A stretch of 64,000 nt of DNA from Haplodiscus bocki (lineage: Eukaryota), in the NCBI GenBank assembly GCA_965655095.1, contig OZ296652.1, positions 19,840,001 through 19,904,000 of the forward strand. Reading direction: 5' to 3'. Each line of letters opens with the position of its first letter. Position 1 is the stretch's first letter. Shown one piece after another: positions 24,951-38,754 of the stretch. Made by a program: the position numbers and the translations under genes. The notes under the pieces were generated by a model. It did no database searches, had not been told where the DNA came from, and saw nothing but the letters and a program-made list of their open reading frames with translations.

Positions 24951-27900
24951 TTTGGCATTTTGGGCCCACCATAGTAAAAACGCAAAAAACACACCTGATG
25001 ATTCGGGATAGGAGCTGTCCTGTGAACATTACTGTTTTTACCAATTGAACACGTGGATCATCTGGGAACGTTTCCGGACTGTCCGGAAAACATTGAATTT
25101 TGAAAAAAATTATCTAATTTTGGAAGTGGCCGTGCTAATCTTCTTTTTGCTCGGCTGAACTCATGGGAAAATTTTTTGAACACTTTTTTTCCGAAATTCC
25201 TTGAAACTGATGTAATCCTCATTCATCCAAGGGCGAATAGTGTTTCATGACGTTCGTCATTCTTTCCGCGCCGACATACTGACAAACAAAAATGTACCGA
25301 ATAACTAAATTCTATAAAAACTATTTTTAACTTTAATTGCATACGTCATCGAAATGAATTCTTATTACAGACAGTGCATGCAAAAATAGCTCCAAGATTT
25401 TTTGAAATTAGTCAGACAGATATTAAACTAGGCACGTTCCTAGCGCGCTGCTCGTTTGCACTGACAACCACTAGTACTGCTCCGGAGAATTTCCGTATTC
25501 AACTAGTAGCATATAAGTAGCGGAGGACAAGAAGGATTAAAAAATGCAGTGGAATAAAATCCGTGTTCTTTTCGGCTTGAACTGCTTTAGCTTAACTGTA
25601 TCAGCCAAGTAATGAATTAATGACGTCACTAGACTAGTAGTGACAGAACAAACACTTACGGCGCAAATATTCAATCAGTAACTCTCTATTATTATATTTT
25701 AGTAGCTTTGGCACAGCTATTTTACAATTTTTTTTAATGGTGTTATCTTCTTAGTCAGTTGATACATTTCAAAGCTTGAAATACATGATGAAATAGGTAA
25801 ATAAAGTAAATATAGCAAGTTTCAGATGATAATAATAGGGACTCAAATAACTACTACTCTCTTCCGTACCTGCCCATCCTATCTTGCACAGAATAAGAAA
25901 AAAGTGATACGTTGATATAGTATGAATACGAGATAAGAAAAATGAAAATGAATATAGGATTTTTTCACTGAAGAGTTCTTATGGGTGTTAGGGGGATATT
26001 CTTTTTGCAGGAATGATCTGTCTGCAGGCTGTGCAGATGTGCTGCAACAAACCTGGAACAAACACATGATAAAGCGTTGCAATTCAGCAAGATGTTGGGC
26101 AATGCATTGCAAAACTTGATAAGGATGTAAGGATGTTACCAAAATCATTGATACTTATTCCAGAAAAATCGCAAATCACCTTTTTAATCTGGAAGTCCTG
26201 CATAAACGGCTTCAATGCAACAGGTGCCGGGAATCGCTTCCGAAGCTATCAATCATTGCAAAACTTCGTTACTGCGAAAAATCTTACAACACAAGCATAT
26301 CATAGAGATGCATAGTACATATGTTAGAGGCTTCTCATGAGTTGACCCTTCTCATAGAGTTCCACGAAACGTCTCATTTTCGAACAAACCTCGAACCGAG
26401 AGAATCGGTGCTTTCAATATTCAACAAACGCATAGGCGAAGCGGGAACTTCGAAACACTTGCTGATCGAAATGCGATCAGAATCCATTTTATGAAATATG
26501 CCAAATTCATTGCGAATTCTCAAAAGATTTCGAGGAAAACCAACAAGATTAATTACCCCAAGTCAATTGCAATTGAGAAAAATTGTTGAAAATGGGCAAG
26601 TTCTCAAATATGGTCATTATTGGAACATTTTTCCAAAATCAAATACAAACTTATGTACCAGAAAACCTCTAGATGCTAGGGGGCTCGATTAAGGTGTAAT
26701 TGGAAAGTGGGTATTCATGGATTTTTGAGCAATATTTCTCGTAAATAACCCGAAAATCTTTTTCCTGCAGACCACGTCTTACCATACTTAACATTTGAAT
26801 TATGGCTCAATAACCATAATGCAAGAAGTTGTTACTGAGAAAAATTGTTCTGAATACCAATAATGTCTACAAAATGTGTTTTCTTGAAATTAAAAAATAT
26901 GCTTTAAAATGAAAATGAAGCGCAAATACCTGTTCCTCTAGATTGCTTTTAACTGCAATCAAATCACCTGTCTGTTAAAGATCCGATGAACAAATTGCAA
27001 TGTGAATTAACCGAGGAAAGCTTTCTTAAAAAAAATAAATAAAAGTCTATAAAAAAGTGATTTTTGTCATTTCGATCAAAATCTTCTCCGAACCTAAACC
27101 GAATACAATAATCTGCCACTCTGTTTTGTCTTTTTAACATAGCTAGTTATCGATCAAGGTCTCGATGAGCACAATCGAATAGGCAGTTACCGTGAAAAAT
27201 TTTTACAATTCAGTCAAAGTCTACAGTGAGTCTTCTGACAGAAATAAAGTTTTTTTGAAAAATCGAACATCTAAGACAAAAATTTTTTCGAGTGAATTTT
27301 TCCCCCAAATATGGCCGTGTTTCAGAAAAATAATGGTTCAATTTGAGGAACGACATGGTTTTTCTTAATGATTACTAATAACTATTGAACTGAAGAAAAT
27401 GGCAAAAATTCAAAAAGGGTCAAGTCGCTGCCACACTCAAGACTCAAAATACTCGTATGAGAGAAGGAGCTTTGGTGTTACGAAAATGCCTCATTTCTTG
27501 GAATTTTGGAAACGCTTGTATTTTGGAATTTTGGAAACACGGAGTAATTTTGTGAGGAAGGTTTTCCTCTCAATGTGGAAAAAATTGTAATAGTGTTCTT
27601 TGCTACCGTATTGTTTCTGGGCAACTCAGTTGACAAAAAATGGATTAAGCAAATAAATGGGAGGCGGTATCAGGAAAAACTTTGATACTTGCTTTCAATA
27701 AAGTTCGGTGTTAGAGAGAATGGGGCATCACACCCAATGTTCAATTTTTTTGAAAGACAATTGTAGGGGATACGCCGAAAAAATTTCCTTGCGCCTCCTC
27801 GAATTTTTTTGGATTCAAAGTGGTGGGGGTGTCGTCCTTTTTTCCAACAAAATGAATAATCCAAATCGCGATATTTAAAAATTTGTCATCTGCCTTTGTA

Positions 27901-28052
27901 ATACTTTTTGTTCTCGGGTTTTGGTACGTCTTGGAATTCGTAATGTGGTAGTCAATTTTTGAAAAACCAACTCCAAAGTTTTAGGTTTGGTGATTGTCTT
28001 TAAGAGAACATTTTTTGGTTTTTGCCTCTGAAAAAATTTTGATGTTGCTGTT

Positions 28053-28368
28053 TGTCGGACGAGAGTTCCGTACCTCCAATTGCTGTTCCCGGCAAAATTC
28101 TAGAGGTTCCAGCTTCTCTACTGAGCGTGGATTCATTTTGCGGACGATGAACACGGGGACCTGCCGTCGGGGTATTCTTAGATGAGTTGTCTTGTATTAT
28201 TTGATTCAAAATTTGGTTTAGCGTCGAAATCTAAGGGTGGAGAGGTTCTAGATAGGCTCTGATCATTTACTTGATCAAATCAGATGAAACACCGGTGATG
28301 GTTTTGTCAGCCCTGACTACGTTATGTTTTTAGCGTGCATCTATGGTGCTTTCGGTATTGACGGCCAT
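28053..28368 (-). pseudogene. gag-like N-terminal ORF with three stops at end of solo LTR 3
   Basis: MAVNTEST...SDLIK*MIRAYLEPLHP*ISTLNQILNQIIQDN...TELSSD stays in one frame up to the terminal CA. Its position and amphipathic helix pattern match copies 1 and 2. Confidence 0.55.
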
Positions 28369-29959
28369 TTTAGGATGTAGTTTTTCGCTGGATTTCTTAA
28401 CGTTTTTCAAAGTTCAACAGTCAGGCGAAAAGCTAAAACAAATAGTGGAAGGTTAAATTTATGCTTTCAATTGATAATAGTTTTATTGTAAGGCAGCATC
28501 TATTGACATTTCAAGTGGGGAAGCGAACGGAGCGATGCAAGTGACCTAAGTAAACGTTACTATCCTGTTAGTATTGGCTAACACTGGTTCGCACTGGTTA
28601 ATGAATAGTGCGATTTTCTTTTAACGGACGGATTTCTGCAGTCACGTTACCGATGACAAAACGCAATTCTAACCATCGGTGAGCTCTTATTGGCTCGTTG
28701 ACCGTAATGTTAATTGAAGAATTAACATCTGAACCCAAAATCAGCCGCGAGAGTGTCAAATGCATAAATTTCTCGCAAAAAATGCTCATTTTCATGAATA
28801 AAGTAATTATGGCATAAATGATCGTTCAACTAACAAAAAGAAGCATTAAACATGACATTGGTATGATAATTCAGGTTCAAGTAACAAAATGAGGAAACCT
28901 TGCTCCGTTTACGATATGCATCGGGAAATCGTCGCAAGCTAGATTGCTGATGCAGTTTGATTAGCACAGACATAGGAAAATGTCTGTGCACTGATGTATA
29001 AGCTAGTTCGGTTGGGGGATGTAATCTCTCGTCACGGTCCTTCTGAGACATCGGAAAATGTGTTATGAGGTGATACTGCGGCTAATATTGAGTCTAAAGT
29101 TTCTCCACACTCCGACATCAAAAACATCTATGTTAGCGGCATTACATGTAGTAAGTAAACTAGGCATAGAAAAATTCTTTTTATGCATTACCATGTCAAT
29201 TTTATGCTGAGACATTGAAAAAGTTTGGGCTTTGAGGCAAGCCTACCTTCCGACTGAAACCGATGTCTTATATCGTGTTTTTACTTGCGTGTGTTTCAAC
29301 CATCGGCTGCTGTCGGTATACTAGTTACAGGGGTGTTATTCAGCGGTTTGCATCCTGGATGGAGAAAAACCGATAAATTCCGAATACCTTCTCCCAAATA
29401 CTTTCTGCTTGTATTCTATTTATTGCTTGCAGGAGTTTTTCCCTTCCTGTTGAGAGTTTTTGTGTTTGCTTACCGCAGAATGGATTGCGGAGTGAAAATA
29501 TAAATACGAGTGTTTTCCGATGTAGCGTAGATTCAGCTCATTTATAGTTTGAGTAATGGATTTACTGCTTTACAGAAGGTACCTGTAATAAAGCAACTTT
29601 GCGGTTGAAGTTTTCTAATGTCTGTTTGTGTCCTAAACCATATCTTCACTTTTTGAGCTTCAGTCAGACTCTAGCGCCTAAAGATTTCACGTTTCTGGTT
29701 ACTTCTGCACTGTTAGTTTGATCTAATGTAGCTGCTAGTTTATAAAATGCTCAGCAATACTTTTTTATACATACTACATATTGTGTTATATAATATATAA
29801 TCGCTTTCTTATTGGGGGTAGAGGGTAAGTAAAATGACTTTGTGGCTACAAAACTTGCATTAAGATCCTATTTACTGTAGCTGCTTCATGAATATAGAAC
29901 ATGGACGTAGTTTTATGGATATGAAGATAACTCAGTATTTCCCTCATGTCAGTATGACA
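28053..29959 (-). mobile_element. Solo LTR (related subfamily, copy 3)
   Basis: The minus strand begins TGTCATACTGACATGAGGGAAATAC...CCATGTTCTAT..TCATGAAGC (similar to copies 1 and 2) and ends TCCGACA. Flanks are CTGTT/TTGTT (5-bp TSD, one mismatch). CCAAT box at 28689-28693. Confidence 0.75.
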
Positions 29960-32900
29960 TTGTTATATGTTATATGTATTTCGGTTCTTTTCGGCACATT
30001 CCACAGTTCTGGGGATTGACAGCAGTGAATTCGTAGCATTTTGTCAGAAAGAGAAACATCGTATACAGTGTGATTTCTCCGGTCATCAAAAATGCTAAGT
30101 ACTCTAATAGTCGGGCTTTTCAGTAAAATTACTAAAGTGCTGAATAAAAATATGAATAACGCATAAGACGTTAAATTTTTCCAAAAATGACAAATTTCCA
30201 CCAGCAGCATGACGTTCACTAAGTAATTGACGTAATCTTGTAATGATTTAACGAGGAAACCTCTGAACATGGAAACAGAGCTTGTAACGTAACGAAACAT
30301 CAGTACAAACTCATGTCAAACTAACGCTGCCAGGCCTAAAAGAACGGACACGGCCACCATCGAATAATATTCTCAATTTCGGGGGGATATTGAAAAAGAA
30401 ATTTTGAAGTCTTTAAGAAAAATACAGGATGGTTTCGAGAGAACAGGTTGTGCTTGGCAGATCCCAATAAAAAATGATCTAATGCATATGTGTTTTGTTT
30501 TAATTGCATCACCTGTTTAAGAAAACTGCGAGACACTGACCTTGGGGGAATCCCTCGCAGAGAGAATCAATGACCCGGAATTTCTGTCGACAAAAAAGAT
30601 CGAATGTCTTCGCTAACATTAGTATCATTTTAGAGTAAACAATCAATTAAATCAAGTTAATAAAAAGCACAGTCCAACTGCGACACTTTCCGTCAAATGG
30701 GTGTAGAAATATTTGAGGGAACATATAAGAAGTAGTTTTCGATTGAAAACTTGTCGGAAAATCCCAGCCTCTCTTTTATCCTTTAATTCCTCAATTTGTA
30801 ATTTTCTATTTTATTTAACTTATGATAAAAACTCAAAAAAATTGCCGGAGCAGTCTCATATCGTAGAAGACTTTAGGAAATTAACAAATTGAATATCGAC
30901 AGAACAACAAAAACAGTTGCACTTTTCGGCGTTTTAGGCCCAACATGAAAAGTTTGTTTATTGAGCAGAAATCGCACGATTTCACGTTCAAAAACCTTCT
31001 ACGGATAAAACATTAACAATTAACACCTTGAGGGAAGAAGTCAAGCTAAAACTTACGGAGAAATGGAAATTTGATCACAGGGACATGTCGAAAATATTAG
31101 CAAATTTTGAATTTTGGTAACAAGATTCGGTAACAAAAATCAGAATCTATCATGTTTCAATGGAATTGTGCCTTTCAGAAAAAAGACGTTGCTTGAGCTC
31201 TTGTTGGGAGAATTCAAGATCGTAGTTGTGGGAAAATATGACTTTGAAAACCTCGATGTAGTTACTGATGAAAGTTGTGGCTAGTTCAGTCGGTCACGAA
31301 CCGGAAGCAAAGAGCAAACAAACACAAAAAGGCTTCAATGCTAGGCTCGGACAAAACTTTTCCGAAAATGCAAAAAAATGCCATCACTTTTTAGGATACA
31401 ACCTCGGTGCTTCACAGATTTGAAATAATTCTAAGCCTTTGAAAAGTATTGTACCGGATCAATTTTAGTTTTTTGGAGAAAACCCATTCAAAAACATTTT
31501 GACTGCAACTAAAACGAAGTTGGTGATACGCTGGTGTGTCTTTGATGATGCAAAACCAAATTGGCTTCTTCTTCTATCCTTGCTTTTAAGATATAGGAAC
31601 GAATATTCACAAAACCATCAACTGGCCAACATATACCGATCTGGAAATTTCTTTTCGTTAAAATTTTTTTAAAAAAATTTGGACCCAAATAAATTAGTTA
31701 AAAATAGAACCTATTTGTTACAAAAACCGAGAAATTCGGTAATTCTTGGACGCAACTGACCCAAGACAAGGAGGTTTGAGAAAAATTCAAAAAATCAAAA
31801 TTATCCCGATTGTCACGTTCTGTCAACAAAAATCGTACAAAAACTTTCTCTCATCCTAACCACAAAATAATAGATAACACACGGAAGCCCCTTGTCATTC
31901 CGATGGAGAATATGAGTTGTTTTCAGGCCTATTTTTCAAGACATAGTACTTAGAATGTCGGAAAAAGATCAAAAAGGCTGACAAAAGCTCGATTTCAGGT
32001 TTCTCTTGGTGAAAAACATGTCGAAAGTTTTCATATTTTGTGACCGCAGCCAAATGGTAAAATACAACCAATTAAGTTTTTTCATTGATCTTTGGGAAAA
32101 ATGTAGTTTTTTTGTGGGTTTACTTCGAGAATATAATACTTCAAAATGACAAAAAATGTCAAAAAACTGTGTTTTCAAAACTTTGCGCAAAAAATACCTT
32201 CCGAGAAAAAATGACACCAAAATGAAATGCTACTATCTCAAGAATGGGATTTTTAGTTTGCAGTTATGCAAACTTCGAGTAAGTTGGAGGCTTAGGCTTA
32301 AAAGAAAAGACTGAAAATTGAGAAATATTTTCGGAACACCGATATAAGTTGATTTTCAAAAATTGGTTGTTGACAAACCTATCAAAAAGTTCTGTATTGT
32401 GTGACCGCAGCAGATTTGTAAACCACTATGTTCACTTCCTCAGGTATTATAGCTTGAAAGTCATTTCCACAAGCGGGAGGTCTCAAAAGAAGCATAGACG
32501 ACTCTTAATTGCTCCACCATTCAATCTTCTTTCGTTCTCTCCCCTCATCCTTGATTACATTTGCGCTGACGCTTTGCCTGGCATTATTCCAGATTTTGCT
32601 CATAACTCGGCAGAGGAAAAAGAAATTAGAGCCAAGGGTATTAAGCGAAAGCGAAAATGATCTCGTCACATTCTAAAAAAAGCCAAACACAAAGCAAAGT
32701 TGGAGCCGCCCATCAGTTGGGACGAAAATTTGGGTAAACCACGGACGCTGTGTTGTGTCACTGTGTCATATTAGTGAAATTATTTGACGAATTCAAAAAC
32801 CGAGCCGAACGAACCAAGGATGAGAATGAAAAGGGACAATTTCAGTTTAAAATATGTGAAGTAGAGGTAATGGAGTTTGGTGAAGTTATAGAGTAACCAC

Positions 32901-33779
32901 ATTTTTGCAGTGCGAATTACTGGCCATTGAAGAAGGAGAAAATTTCACTACGAAGAAAAACAATTCGGAGAATGACGTTGAAGCGAACTCATCTTGGAAA
33001 GATGTAACCCGTAGTTTAACCCTTGCTAAAAAGAAAAAAGTTGATTGCATAAATAAATTTGTTCCATTCCCTTCAAACCGAATCGAACCGAACCGCGAAG
33101 TTTTTCCCCAATCGCCTAAAATCTTCATTTTCTGACATTTGCGATACAAGTTCGATGTCGAAATTACGTGCGCTAATTCAATATCATACCTTATTAATTT
33201 TGTGCGTGAGCATTAGGGAGTTTCCGCCAATACACGCTACTCAAAGTCTCCGAGATGACGTTTCTGACCAACGGTACCGCCGATCAAAATTCCCTAGTAA
33301 TGTTCAACAATCGACATTTGAGCCCGCCAGGTTGAAAAAGCTTATAGACGAAGAAAGTCCATTTATACAAAAAAGGCAAAACCACAGTATGCTGACAATT
33401 CAGTAAAAATAGGTCTTGGCGTCGCGTGGCTCGAGCATCGAAGCGAGTGAATTAAAAAACGATCCTTGATATTTATATTTCTACTGCTTTTGTCAATTTT
33501 AAACTCTGTAAAACAGCTTTCTTAAACTATGTATAAACTTCCAACAAGTGATATTAAGATAGTCAGAAAAAGGAGGAGCGGAGAAAACCTCGTATAAACT
33601 GACAGACTAAGTTCAGCAGACAAATTTCAATGTTTTCAAAATTGCAGGACAATTGAAAAGCTTGGCAGCCACAAGAAAGTGCTATGAATTACTTAGCATC
33701 CAAAGAAAGCAAACCACTACAAAAAGTTCGATAAGACTTCAGAGGTAAAAAAAAAGACAGAGGTTTGCTTGTTAAGGTA

Positions 33780-34510
33780 TATTTGCCGAAAAGAATGAAT
33801 GTCCCATCCAGAACTTGTCAAAAATAAAGACAAAATTATACCAAAAAAAGTCATGTACCAAAATTTGGTGACATCTTTTTCCATTTATTGACATTTTTGA
33901 AGAAGAGATCAACTCAAAATATTCGCGAGATCCCCTTACTTAAACTGAAACTCTCCAAAGGAAACCAGAAAATTTCCTGATAATATTGCGTGCTACACAA
34001 AAAATTACAGTAACGGTTAGACATACCAAAAATTTCCCGTTATCTTTTTGCTTACGCCGATAACTTTCAACTTTTAGTGACATTCAACCAACACCCCCAA
34101 ACATTTATTACTTGTATGCGGGAGAATTAATTTTTTTAAAAGAAACAATCAATACAATTGTGAGACCCCTTTGAAAATCAGAGCCTCATCCTGGTTTGTT
34201 AAATTTAAGTTAACTATACAAGTACAATTTTGAGGTTTAGGATGGATATTCCCAAAGCAGTTAGTACACACAGAATGAATTTGGCACGACTGCAGTTTTA
34301 CCTTTCATGGCAGATGATCGAGTGACAGTCAATCGAGTGCTGAATTTTAAAAGTTTACAAAATTGACATTCAAGTCGGGTAATTAAGTGTCAAGATTCTG
34401 AGCCTAATGTTTACATATAACTGAAAACAGGTGCTGCGTTGAACCACCTAAACATTTCCTGATTTCACAATTTTGACGTTCCGAAAATAATTATAAGATG
34501 TCTGAAAAAA
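33780..34510 (+). pseudogene. Possible decayed non-LTR RT fragment
   Basis: KIIPKK...QN (~33835) and LPFMADD (34298-34318, YADD-like) occur in the expected order; the rest is unrecognisable. Confidence 0.25.
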
Positions 34511-36226
34511 ATTAGGAAGCTCGCTTCTCGAACAGAAAGCAAGATTGTTGACAAGAATGAACCTTCAAGAACCTAATTAGAGCAACTGCCGGCGCGTTTT
34601 ATTGTATTTTTTTGCATTTGCAGCACGAAAACTGACTTGGAAGGCAAAAGAACGAAACTTCGAAGAAACGTTAAATTCAAGTTTTTTAGTTGTCTGTGAA
34701 GCATTGAAATTTCTTTTATGGACGAAAATTTCATTTTAATAAAGTGGAAAAAACTTTCAATTTGTACAAAATTGGGTTGGCTGCTTAGACGGAAATTGGA
34801 TTTGAAAAGCAGAAGAGCAAACATTTCGAAACATTAGCTGCCTTGGATGACTCCAAGACACTAAAAATCACTTTTTCCGTGAAAAAAGAATGCTGTAAAA
34901 AAACGTCTACGTTGGCAACACTTGTTGATACGCCTAGAGCTGAAAAGGCGTATTAGAAGACCAGACTACGAGAAAAGTTTGTTGAAAAGTTTAAGCTAAT
35001 GTTGGCTGATTTTAACGTAACATAAACTCCTTATAAATAAGAATTTTAGAAATACACTGGGAAAATCTTCAACATCCAGAGATTTGTTCTTTTGCATCGT
35101 ATTAGTTTCCGTTATTAGCTACGAAACTTACATAGATGAGAAAATTGAACAAGTTCAGGAAAACCATAATCAACTACTTTGAAGCGACCAGACACCATTG
35201 TTCAGGCAATAGTTTTCAATTTAACAAAACATCTACAAAAACTAACAAATTGTATTGATTGGTGCTGTTTGGGTTTTTGAATAGTCTGTTGAAATGGCAA
35301 AAGTAAAAAATTCGGAAAAACCAAAACTTCCCAGTGTTGTACATTAAAGAACACAAAAACTAGTATTTTATTCAACAAGAAGGTGTAGTTTTTCAAAAAA
35401 GATATGCTTGCCTTGCTTTGAGTTAGATTTGGGTAAAATCTTCTCCCGGCAGGCAAAAAATACAAAACTTTGCGCAATTTTTTTCAAAACAGAACGGCTT
35501 GTTCTAAAAATTTTGTTCTAAAAAGTTTGAGCGACTCAATACTTTTCACTTGTACACACATATTTTAGCTTTTTCGGGAGTAAAAAACTCAATTTTACTT
35601 GAGACTGAAAAACCATATTACCTTGAGCAAATTCGGAGCAAGAGGTTACTTTGGTGGGCCAAAATCGTAATAATTGCGAAAACTAGCCAAAAAAAACGGG
35701 CGGAAATCGCAAATTCTACTCAAGCAAAACGGGGGAAAATTGTGTTTCTTCTTTTGATTTACATCACTTTATTCGTTTCCTTGAAGTATCGCAACTATTT
35801 AACATGACGTATTGGGTATTGGTTTAGTCTGAACTTTTAACAACAAAAAAAAATTGTTTTTGCCGCAAAAATTCAAAAACAGTCCAGTTTGGCGTATTTG
35901 AAACCACTTTGAAAAAAATTTTCCTGTCAGCTTTTTTAAAGTTCCAGGAAAAGTGCAAGATTATGCTTTTGCACGGTGTTATTATGTTTCGGCAGCTGGG
36001 GAACTGATTGATATGGCAAAAAAAAAGAAAATTGTCCCAAAATTACAACTTCAGCTATTTTCCCCTCACTGAAGGCGCTTTAACTTAGTATTTTTGCATT
36101 TATCGTAGAACTCGATATCAGAAACATTTACGTTTTTGTACGAAATTTTGCCCTTAGCTAGTTTAATTTCCGGCGGTAGGTACCAATTCACACTAAGCAA
36201 CCGCACCCGTTTAAAACTGAACACCT

Positions 36227-36592
36227 TTGCTGCGAAGCAGAATATACCAGTGAAAAATGTAGTTTCACTACGACCCATGGTCTACATGTAGCGTGTTGGC
36301 CTCGGATTCCAAGTTCAGAGGTTCGAATCCCGCTCAGGTCAAAATATTTTCTTTTCCATAAAATCTCAATTGACCTTGAAAAAGTCTTGCTATCGATTCA
36401 AATGTATTGTTTACTGATATTGTTAACTGTATATTTGTTATTTTGCCAGTTGGCAGATTTTGTTGTGATGAATCAAACCTTATTCGGGGCGGAACTGAGT
36501 GCAGAAACACACTGAAACAAATAGTAGTCAGACACCATCTCTACAAAACGAGCTGCAGAAAGCCTAAAAATTTACAGCTTTTCATGGTGGCC
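36227..36592 (+). repeat. ~365-bp dispersed repeat with internal tRNA-like segment (left arm of inverted pair)
   Basis: Reverse-complement match to 37414-37777. tRNA-like segment at 36272-36341 with GACC/GGTC stem and B box GGTTCGAATCCC (36320-36331). Confidence 0.85.
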
Positions 36593-37280
36593 ATAGAGAG
36601 GTTCGAGTTCATACACACAATTAGATCTCATTCTCGCTGAAGAAATTACTCAGCAAACACGCAAATATTTGGACTAACCAGAAATTTGCAAGTAGAACAT
36701 ACATTCAGAGTTGTGTCAGTGGTTTTGTGATGAACGACAAGGCCGTATGGCCAGCGCGACTAACAACTCTGGATTTGTGGATTCTGTGCTCAAACTGTGC
36801 GTGCCGGAGTTTTTAATTGGCAGATATCAGCAGGAGCCATTTATATTGGAAGATATAGGACAGTGATTGACTTCCCAGTTTTATTGATATGCGAGTTACA
36901 TTTTAACATGGTTGGCGGGACTGACCAGTCTTGCCGTGTGGGGCTGTGTTGGTTGCCGCTCTACTTCAATCATAGATAGAATATAGCTAGCTAGTATTTG
37001 TCTCCTGCCATGTATTTTGTATTGAGGTATTCTAGTCGGTTGTCCAACTGTCATTATTGCTAATGTCATTATATCATGGCCAATAAATATGGTTGGCCGG
37101 ATTAACTGATTTGTATTGCCGTATGGGGCTGTGTTGACTGTCGTTCTACCTCAATCACAAACATTTCTCTGTTTGATGCCCAACCCGTTTTCTCCGCCGC
37201 AACTACAAACAACAGAAAAAACACCAACACCAAATCTTGTGGGCATAGCGAACAATTGGGACACTCCGACATTGCTGCGT

Positions 37281-37372
37281 TGCCCGAAAATTGAAACTGC
37301 GTACCCATCAGCTGTGTTTGCAATGGCGTGTAAAATTGCTGACATGGGGAAGTTGAAGCTGAGTTTTTCTGC
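37281..37372 (+). pseudogene. Decayed LDL-receptor class A (LDLa)-like repeat
   Basis: CP..(frameshift)..NCVPISCVCNGV*NC*HGEVEAEFFC fits the LDLa pattern C-x-x-x-x-x-x-C-[DN]-G-x-x-[DN]-C-x-x-G-x-D-E...C. Confidence 0.55.
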
Positions 37373-37413
37373 TTTTCCCGAAGCCTCATTGTGGATAGAA
37401 CGAGAATAATAGC

Positions 37414-37777
37414 GGCCACCATGAAAATCTGTAAATTCTTCGGATTTTACAGCTTGTTTTAAATAGACGGCATCTGAAAATTATTTGTTTCAGTGTGTTT
37501 TTGCAATCAGTTCTGCCCCGATTAAAGTTTGATTCATCAGAACAAAATCTGGCTACTGGCAAAATTTTAAACACACATTTAACAATATCAGTAAACAATA
37601 CGTTTGAATCGATAGTAAGACTTTTTCAAGGTCAACTGAGATATCAAGAAAAGAAATTATTTTGGCCTTAGCGTGATTCGAACTTCAGACCTTAGAACCT
37701 CAGGCCAGCAGGCTACCTCTACACTCTCGGTCCTTGTAAAAGTACAGTTTTCTCTGCTATATTTTGCTTCGCAACAA
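37414..37777 (-). repeat. Right arm of inverted pair (tRNA-containing repeat)
   Basis: Reverse complement of 36227-36592; the parallel spurious ORFs MFTDIVNCIF and MFTDIVKCVF reflect this. Confidence 0.85.
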
Positions 37778-38754
37778 CATTCACAGAGGCTAATTAAGGC
37801 TGGATGTCCCACACAATAGTTTTATTTACCGAAAGGGTATCCATGATCCCAAACGCAACAACAGGATTAGCCACAGCAACTCACTCAGTTCTTGATCTGT
37901 TCGAGCAGGGCTTCTAGTTCTTAGCTGTTCTGTTCGAACCACTGTCTTTTACTAAGAAATGAGATCGCCCACAAAGAAATCAATAAAAGTCAGCAATGAA
38001 AGGCTCTTTACATGAAAGTCGACAAAAGACAATAACCAAGGTAAATATTATGTTTGGACACACAATTGCTTGAAGATGCAAAGAAAAAACAATGGCTTGG
38101 AGTCGAGTCTCAGTTCACGTTCAAGGAAGTTTTTTTTCTTTCTGTCTGACGGACATTTACTGAGGTTCTCAACCTTGAAAGTCCCAAAAACAATCATTGG
38201 GTCTTCTAGCACGACTAGACGATTTCTTTTTCTCTCTATCTCGGCGCAACTCTCTCGGTTTACCGCTCCCGGTTTCACTGTTTTTTTTCTCTCCGCATCG
38301 TTGTTCAATTCGCTCAGCCAGTGCTCTGCGTCATTGGTGCGTTCCCCTGGCGGTACGGCTTTTTTCAGTTCATTTGGTACCTGCGTTTTTTAAAAATCGC
38401 CATCCCTTCGTTTTCACAACGACTGTCATCGTCTATTGTTCCCATTGTCTTAGTATCGCTTGCGTTCGCAGCTGTAGAGACACTTTTTTGTTGTGTTTTT
38501 TGATCGGCCGGCAATAATTTATTCCTTTTGCTTTAAAAAAGACAGGATAGTTCTCATTAAAAATGCAAATGTTAGTTCAGACGGAACACTCTGTTCTTTT
38601 TACAGCTTAAAGTGGCTGAGTCACACCTTACGGTTAATGAATTTTCAATTAGGCATAGCTTGCCGATCGGCTGAAAGAAGCCCAGAAGCAGAGCTGCTCT
38701 GGGGAAGAATTGAAGCATGAAATTGAAAAAAAATTGGTTCTTAACCTTAACAAA

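Noticed and set aside
36272-36341. Functional tRNA gene
   Set aside because: The D arm and acceptor stem are incomplete, and it sits within a dispersed repeat whose second copy (37662-37733) has diverged freely.
38048-38517. Overlapping ORF cluster as host exon(s)
   Set aside because: Possibly decayed coding sequence on the minus strand, but no motif or convincing splice sites could be identified.
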